From an uncultured virus (IMG/VR IMGVR_UViG_3300007961_000161) (Duplodnaviria; Heunggongvirae; Uroviricota; Caudoviricetes), in the IMG/VR virus record IMGVR_UViG_3300007961_000161: a stretch of 20,000 nucleotides of DNA. One strand, written 5' to 3'. Shown here piece by piece: positions 14,371 to 20,000 of the stretch; within the stretch, counting starts at the first letter, position 1; the number at the start of each line of letters is the position of its first letter. The notes beneath the pieces were generated by a model, which saw only the letters and a program-made list of their open reading frames with translations, was not told the origin of the DNA and did not search any database. Both the position numbers and the translations under genes were made by a program.

Positions 14371-15393
14371 ATGACAGTTCCACGAGAGCTTGGAATTTTT
14401 AGTTCTATTCCGCTGATTCAATTGGATTTTGGCACCTTCGCGAAGGCGTTGAAACTATCATTTGCCGAGGATGTTGCTGATACGGCTCTCATCGAGCTTA
14501 TCTATAGCTGTGTTTTGGATCCCAAAAAGAATAAAATTTCTGTCAGAAAAGACACCGCATCATATATAATGAATCATCAAAAAGGCGGTAATCCACGGCA
14601 GGATGTAACGAAATCCGGTGGCAAGATGTCCGTGAAAACTCTTGTTTCTAATTTTCAAGCTCGCATCATTCCCAATATTAACGATATAAATATTATTGGC
14701 CTTATTAACTTTTTCTCTGCACTTATAAAAAATGACAACAAGTTGGAACCTCATAGGGAAAAACTGCTTGGTCTTGCTAGCGAGGAAAAGCTGCCCGAAT
14801 TTCTGGCGATGGTGTTCAAGCATTCGCTGAATGTCCAAAATATTTATGAAAACCAAACCGCTAGTAAATTTAAAAGTAAAAAGATAATAAATCAGGGAAG
14901 CCTTCTAGAACTTGCGAAAACAAGGCTTCCAGACCCGGATGTCCCAGAAGAGCCAACAGAAATCGAACAGGCCTACGTATCGGCGCTAATGGCGGTATGG
15001 GCTCAAAAGCACGGCAGAAATTATTTCAATAAAAACATGCTCAAGGATTATCCACAAGATGATGAATTTCATGAGGAGCAACGACGGTATTTCTATGCCG
15101 CAGAGGAAGTCCGTCATGCCGTGAGAGAAATAGATGATGGTACTGATTTTCAGGAACTTAAAGATGAGATATACGAAGGGATAAAGGAGAATTGGCAAGA
15201 TGCTTATCCAAGCGGGGAAAAACGCCTGAGAGAAGTTTTGAAGGAGGTAACCAAAGTAATCCTACATGGTTGCCGCTTAGAAAGGGAAACGGAGCTTGTC
15301 AAAAACCCTGTAAGGAAAGGGGTATGCCATTTTCTTGTGAATGATGGAAAAATTTCTGGGTGGGTGAGGAAAGACGATGGACAGTCTGTTTAA
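14371..15393 (+). CDS. ABC-three-component/Lamassu first protein (LmuA-like): uncharacterised N-terminal domain plus ABC-3C C-terminal domain
   Basis: SD GGAGG at 14362-14366 before ATG 14371 (start uncertain). C-terminal E..YVSAL...QRRYFYAAE...F.ELKDEIYEGI...RL..VL...RKGVCHFLVNDGKI.W pattern matches ABC-3C CTDs. Confidence 0.78.
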   Translation: MTVPRELGIFSSIPLIQLDFGTFAKALKLSFAEDVADTALIELIYSCVLDPKKNKISVRKDTASYIMNHQKGGNPRQDVTKSGGKMSVKTLVSNFQARIIPNINDINIIGLINFFSALIKNDNKLEPHREKLLGLASEEKLPEFLAMVFKHSLNVQNIYENQTASKFKSKKIINQGSLLELAKTRLPDPDVPEEPTEIEQAYVSALMAVWAQKHGRNYFNKNMLKDYPQDDEFHEEQRRYFYAAEEVRHAVREIDDGTDFQELKDEIYEGIKENWQDAYPSGEKRLREVLKEVTKVILHGCRLERETELVKNPVRKGVCHFLVNDGKISGWVRKDDGQSV

Positions 15394-15820
15394 TACGGCG
15401 TTTGAAAACTCACTTAGAATCGCCTTGCTTCTTGATGCCTTTGGCAGACCGCAGAATCTGGATATGATTTATGCTGCTGACTTTATGACTATTTTTGGTG
15501 GATATTTCGGGTTTGGTCATAATTGTCTCCAAGGGGAAAATCGAATGCTGTTTTCCATTTTCACTTCCCGGAGGAAAATCGTAAGGCAGGCAATTAATTC
15601 TCTTGTTGTTGAAGGAATCGTGATGCCTTCTATTGGGTCTGAAGGTTTGGTCTACGGATTAACTGAGACAGGCAGACAATTCTGTACCTCGTTGAGCAGC
15701 GAATATGCCAAAGAATATAAGACCACAGCGATAAAAGTGGCTTCCGCTGTGTCTGGTATGTCTTCAACATTGCTGATTCAAAAACTCAGTGCAGGGAAGT
15801 CACCATTTGTGGAGCAATGA
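15377..15820 (+). CDS. ABC-three-component middle component (MC2-like / LmuC-like)
   Basis: FNTAFENSLRIALLL...D....DF...RR..VRQAI..LV..GIV...G..Y.LT..G..F...L.S.YA pattern; 147 aa, located between the CTD gene and the ATPase. Confidence 0.8.
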   Translation: MDSLFNTAFENSLRIALLLDAFGRPQNLDMIYAADFMTIFGGYFGFGHNCLQGENRMLFSIFTSRRKIVRQAINSLVVEGIVMPSIGSEGLVYGLTETGRQFCTSLSSEYAKEYKTTAIKVASAVSGMSSTLLIQKLSAGKSPFVEQ

Positions 15821-15821
15821 A

Positions 15822-17630
15822 ATGGAACGATTCTATCTCAGCAGAATTATAGTAGGCGGACCTGAAGTCAAAGATTCTATCATTGACTTTGTTGATGGTG
15901 TCAACATTATTTATGGTCCATCAAATACTGGTAAATCCCTTATTCTTAAATGCATTGATTTTATGCTGAACGGCAAAATAGCTCCTTTTGATTCAGTAAC
16001 ATATGGTTACGATACAATCACCATGTTTCTGTCATCTGTGGACGGGAAAGAAATCATTCTTCAGCGAAATACGGATCAGCATTATCCGGTCAAAGTCATG
16101 TGCAATTTTGCCGAAATCGGCAGCACCACTTACAATATGGATAATTTTGATCTATTGCTTTTGAAGTTATTTAACATAGAATCCGGACATGAAATTATAA
16201 AAAATGATACGTTTGGTACTCAAAAGCTTACATTCCGTTCTGCGTACCACAATTTTTATCTTGATGAAGATAGCATTATTAGTAGTAAACCATCTTTACA
16301 AAGTGAACATAGTAAAACTTCCGATTTGACAGCGTTATATTTCCTGCTTACTGGAGATGATTTAAGCGAACTCCGTCCTAGCTTGACTGAACAAGAGCGG
16401 AAAAAACGCCTCTCTGAACAAGAAGGCGTTGCAAAATTTCTAAGGGAAAAATTGGCAAAGATTCAGGAACGGAAGGTTGAGCTTGAGGATTCTATCGGTA
16501 ATGCATCGGATCAAGATATTGAAGAAAAAATTGACGCTTTTTTGCAAGAAGCTACTGCGATAGATGATAAAATTGAACAAGCCAACAAAGAGCGAGAAGC
16601 TTTGATTGCAAGAGCTTATCCACTGAAGATGGACATGGAAGAGGCTCTTATGCTCAAAAAACGCTATGCTGATCTTGAATCCCAGTATATTTCCGACATC
16701 AAACGCCTAGAATTCATTCTTGATGGAAAAAACAAAAGCGCTGACATCTCACCACCACAGAACTGTCCTTTCTGTGGTGGAACTCTGTCAGAAGAAAAAA
16801 CAACTTCTGAAACCATTGCAGGTGCTGCTTTCGCAGAAATGAAAAGGATAAGTCACCAATTAAATGACCTACGAGACACAAGGAAAAGTTTAGACCGGCA
16901 TATTACAGAGCTATCAGCCAGTTATCATGACTTAGTGAAACAGCAACAAACTCTTTCAAATATTATTTCAAACTCTCTGATGCCGAAATCCATATCTTTG
17001 AAAACTATGCTTGCCGGATACACGCAGGCATTGGCTGATAGGCAGGAAATTGTCTCTTTACAACGTATGGCAAAAGAATTGAATGATGACGCGCAGAAAA
17101 ATGATAGCAAGACATTTCCAAAGCCTCCTAAATTTTCTGTCAAAGAGCAATTTGCCGACAAAGATTTTTGGAAGGCAATAAATGATAGTTTTTCATCGAT
17201 GGTTAAACAGTGCGGATATCCAGGTAATCCTGAGGCCAGTATTTCAACGGACACATGGGATGCTGTGGTGTCCGGGAAAAAAAAGGAAAATGAAGGCAAA
17301 GGATACCGTGCTTTCTTAAATACCATCATTATGTTCAATATTCTTACATTTCTATCAGAGCATGGTAAATATTCCCCACATCTTCTCTTGCTAGACTCTC
17401 CCATACTTTCTTTGAAGGAACGTCAAAAAAAGGATACCGTTGATATTCCGTTATCGATGAAGGAATCACTTTTTTCCTGCCTGATATCAAAATGTGGTTC
17501 TAATCAGATCATCATTGTTGATAACGAAATACCCGAAAACGTAAATTATGATAAAGTGAATCTAATTGAATTTACAAAAAACGATTCTGGGCGATACGGA
17601 TTTTTGTCAAAAAAAATTGACTCGGAATAA
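15822..17630 (+). CDS. SMC/Rad50-like ABC ATPase (LmuB-like), 602 aa
   Basis: ATG 15822 with SD GGAG. Walker A GVNIIYGPSNTGKS, long coiled coils, zinc-hook CPFCG, Walker B LLLLDSP and QIIIVDN. Confidence 0.88.
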   Translation: MERFYLSRIIVGGPEVKDSIIDFVDGVNIIYGPSNTGKSLILKCIDFMLNGKIAPFDSVTYGYDTITMFLSSVDGKEIILQRNTDQHYPVKVMCNFAEIGSTTYNMDNFDLLLLKLFNIESGHEIIKNDTFGTQKLTFRSAYHNFYLDEDSIISSKPSLQSEHSKTSDLTALYFLLTGDDLSELRPSLTEQERKKRLSEQEGVAKFLREKLAKIQERKVELEDSIGNASDQDIEEKIDAFLQEATAIDDKIEQANKEREALIARAYPLKMDMEEALMLKKRYADLESQYISDIKRLEFILDGKNKSADISPPQNCPFCGGTLSEEKTTSETIAGAAFAEMKRISHQLNDLRDTRKSLDRHITELSASYHDLVKQQQTLSNIISNSLMPKSISLKTMLAGYTQALADRQEIVSLQRMAKELNDDAQKNDSKTFPKPPKFSVKEQFADKDFWKAINDSFSSMVKQCGYPGNPEASISTDTWDAVVSGKKKENEGKGYRAFLNTIIMFNILTFLSEHGKYSPHLLLLDSPILSLKERQKKDTVDIPLSMKESLFSCLISKCGSNQIIIVDNEIPENVNYDKVNLIEFTKNDSGRYGFLSKKIDSE

Positions 17631-17643
17631 GCGAGGCTAAAAC

Positions 17644-17865
17644 GTGTCTAAAAAAGTTAGCTATAACAAGCTGTGGAAACTGCTCATCGACAAGAAAATG
17701 ACCCGCACGGATATGAAAAACAGGAGCAGGATAAGCACGGCGTCCCTTGCGAAGCTAGGCAAGGGAGAAAACATCACCACGGCTATACTCGTAAAAATAT
17801 GCGAGGCGCTTGACTGCGACATCACGGAAATCATGGAGCTTGTTGATGAGCTTGACGGGAAATGA
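17644..17865 (+). CDS. XRE/Cro-C1 helix-turn-helix regulator (HTH_26)
   Basis: GTG start with SD GAGG. VSYNKLWKLLIDKKM...ISTASLAKLGKGENITTAILVKICEALDCDITEIME is the hallmark pattern of this family. Confidence 0.92.
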   Translation: MSKKVSYNKLWKLLIDKKMTRTDMKNRSRISTASLAKLGKGENITTAILVKICEALDCDITEIMELVDELDGK

Positions 17866-18060
17866 AGCTGAACCTTCAAATTTTTCTTCAAACTATCAAA
17901 TTTTGACATATAGGGAGGGTAAGTTTTCCAGCTTATACCATTCCTATTGTCGTATGGAACGTCCCGCAGCTCCAATATTCCGAGAACACTCTAGTACGCA
18001 ACATTTTGAAATTACAAAGTATTTTTATAGAAAAATTTCTGCTTCTTGTATCAACAGCAC

Positions 18061-19791
18061 ATGGAAAATAGAGCCATAACAAAGGCATTCAAAAACTATC
18101 ATATGTTTGGCTTCACAGGGACGCCGATATTTGCCGAAAACGCAGGCGCAAATGGTGACCCGAACTTGAAAACCACGGAACAAGCCTTTGGGGATAAGCT
18201 TCACACATACACCATAGTCAACGCCATTAATGATGGGAATGTCCTGCCTTTCAGGATTGACTATGTGAATACGCTGAAAAAGAAAGATGAAATCATTGAT
18301 TACAAAGTCCAAGCCATAGATGTTGAAAAAGCCCTGAATGCCCCCCAAAGGATAGCGGAAATCGTTTCCTACATCATTGAGCATTTTGACCAAAAAACGA
18401 AGCGGAACACTTCTTACAGCCTAAAAGGGCAAAGGGTCTTGGGCTTCAATTCCATCTTTGCTGTTGCGTCCATCCCAATGGCAAAGAAGTATTACTATGA
18501 ATTGAAGAAACAACTGGCTGAAAAGCACAAAAACCTTACCATAGCTACGATATTCAGCTATTCGGCAAATGAAGATGACCCAGAGGACATAGCAAATAAC
18601 GAAAGCTTTGATACGGAACATTTGGATACCACTAGCAGAGAGTTCCTTGAAGAAGCCATCGGCGATTATAACAAGGCTTTCAATACCAATTTTGACACAT
18701 CATCAGACAAGTTTGAAAATTATTATAAAGACTTGTCATTGAAGATGAAGCAACGGCAAGTTGATTTGCTGGTGGTAGTCAATATGTTCCTTACTGGCTT
18801 TGACGCTACCACGCTGAATACCTTGTGGGTTGATAAAAACTTAAGGCATCATAGTTTGATTCAGGCATATTCACGGACGAATCGCATACTTAATTCCGTG
18901 AAGACTTTTGGGAATATTGTCTGCTTCCGTGACTTACAGAAAGAAACGGATGACGCCATAGCTTTGTTTGGAAACAAGGATTCTGGCGGTATCGTGCTGT
19001 TGCGTAGTTTTGATGACTACTACAACGGCTATGATGAAGAAAGGGATAACGGCAAGAAGCATAATGTCGGCTATGTTGATTTGATAAAGGAATTGACAAC
19101 GCAGTTCCCATTGGGACATCCCATCATAGGGGAACAGGCGCAGAAAGATTTCCGTGCGTTGTTTGGTTCTATCTTGCGGATGCGGAATATCCTGACATCC
19201 TTTGATGACTTCAAGGGACAGGAAATATTGTCAGAGGCGGACTTCCAAGACTACCAAAGTATCTACATTGATTTGAAGCCAACGCCAAAGCAAGGGCAGA
19301 AAGAAGATATCAATGATGACATTGTGTTTGAAGCGGAACTGATTCGCCAGATAGAGGTCAACATTGATTACATTTTGATGCTTGTTGAAAAGTATCAGCA
19401 GTCCAACTGTAAGGATAAGGAAATCCTTATCCGCATTTCCAAGGCAATCAATTCCAGCATTGAGTTGCGTAGTAAGAAGGAACTGATTGAAGGCTTTATT
19501 GAAAAGGTGAATGTGACTACATCCGTTGGTGCTGATTGGAAAGCCTATGTCACCAAACGCAGGGAAGAAGACCTATCCGCATTGATTGAAAATGAAAAGC
19601 TGAAACCAGAATTGGCAAGGCGCTTCATAGAAAAGTCATTCCAAGATGGCGAACTGAAAACACGGGGGACGGATATTCAGAGCATTCTACCGCCATCCTC
19701 GCCATTTGACAGGAACAGCAACAAGAAAAAGAAAGGCATCATTGAAAGAATCAAGGAGTTCTTTGAAAAGTATATTGGGCTGGCTGTATAA
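18061..19791 (+). pseudogene. hsdR: 5'-truncated type I restriction subunit R (EcoR124I-like HsdR C-terminal half)
   Basis: Begins just before helicase motif III (FGFTGTP) and retains VVNMFLTGFDA and LIQAYSRTNR plus the C-terminal domain. No nuclease domain, Walker A or DExH upstream, and no clear SD. Confidence 0.85.
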
Positions 19792-19854
19792 TTTATTTAA
19801 GAGACAAAGACGGGGCTCTGCCCGTTCAGGCGCAGCCAGACCCTTTTTAAACAC

Positions 19855-19893
19855 AAAAAAAGTCCGCCTTCACCAGAAAAGGCGAAGGCGGAC
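19855..19893 (-). terminator. Intrinsic terminator for a leftward transcript from beyond the window (possibly bidirectional)
   Basis: Minus strand GTCCGCCTTCGCC-TTTTCT-GGTGAAGGCGGAC-TTTTTTT. Confidence 0.7.
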
Positions 19894-20000
19894 CTGAAGG
19901 CTGAAAGCAGAAGGCTCAGCTCATGTCAACTCTGCGGATGCCTTTTTCATCCGCGGTGCGGCTGATGCGATGGGTAAAGACCCGCGCCCAGTTCGCACCC

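Noticed and set aside
14371..17630. Wadjet (JetABCD), MukBEF or SbcCD assignment
   Set aside because: No JetD/Toprim or Mre11-like nuclease, the ATPase is only ~600 aa, and the CTD plus middle-component pattern fits ABC-3C/Lamassu better.
17866..18060. IS end, att site or frameshifted hsdR 5' part
   Set aside because: No terminal inverted repeat, transposase fragment or DExH/Walker A coding sequence could be seen in any frame I checked; an att site cannot be judged without the other prophage end.
19800..20000. tRNA or other ncRNA among the terminal hairpins
   Set aside because: No cloverleaf or T-loop consensus; only terminator-like stems (19862-19893, 19934-19954).

Overview
Bases 1-14220 are the early, replication and packaging-proximal part of a temperate phage (prophage). 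Most of it reads on the minus strand, in transcription order: sigma70-region-4-like regulator, two small ORFs, DUF2800 Cas4-like nuclease, DUF2815 SSB, family A DNA polymerase, VirE-type primase/SF3 helicase, VRR-NUC, SNF2-like helicase, DUF6456/GafZ-like late regulator, candidate cos site, Nu1-like small terminase, a truncated paralogue of it, and a ParB-fused DNA methyltransferase. This converges on a small plus-strand cassette (amidoligase plus two small ORFs). From about 14260 a divergently transcribed, AT-rich block carries a three-gene ABC-3C/Lamassu-like defence module, an XRE (HTH_26) regulator and a 5'-truncated type I restriction hsdR. The most notable unexplained signals are: (i) a degenerate 3 x ~186-bp tandem array between polA and the primase gene; (ii) a Lamassu-like first gene with no recognisable effector, sitting where a phage repressor would be expected and behind operator-like palindromes; (iii) a headless duplicate of the small terminase; (iv) SD-sequestering and mutually exclusive RNA hairpins in the early leaders; (v) an iteron-like ori candidate at the 3' end of the primase gene. 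All family assignments come from motif recognition by eye, not database searches.
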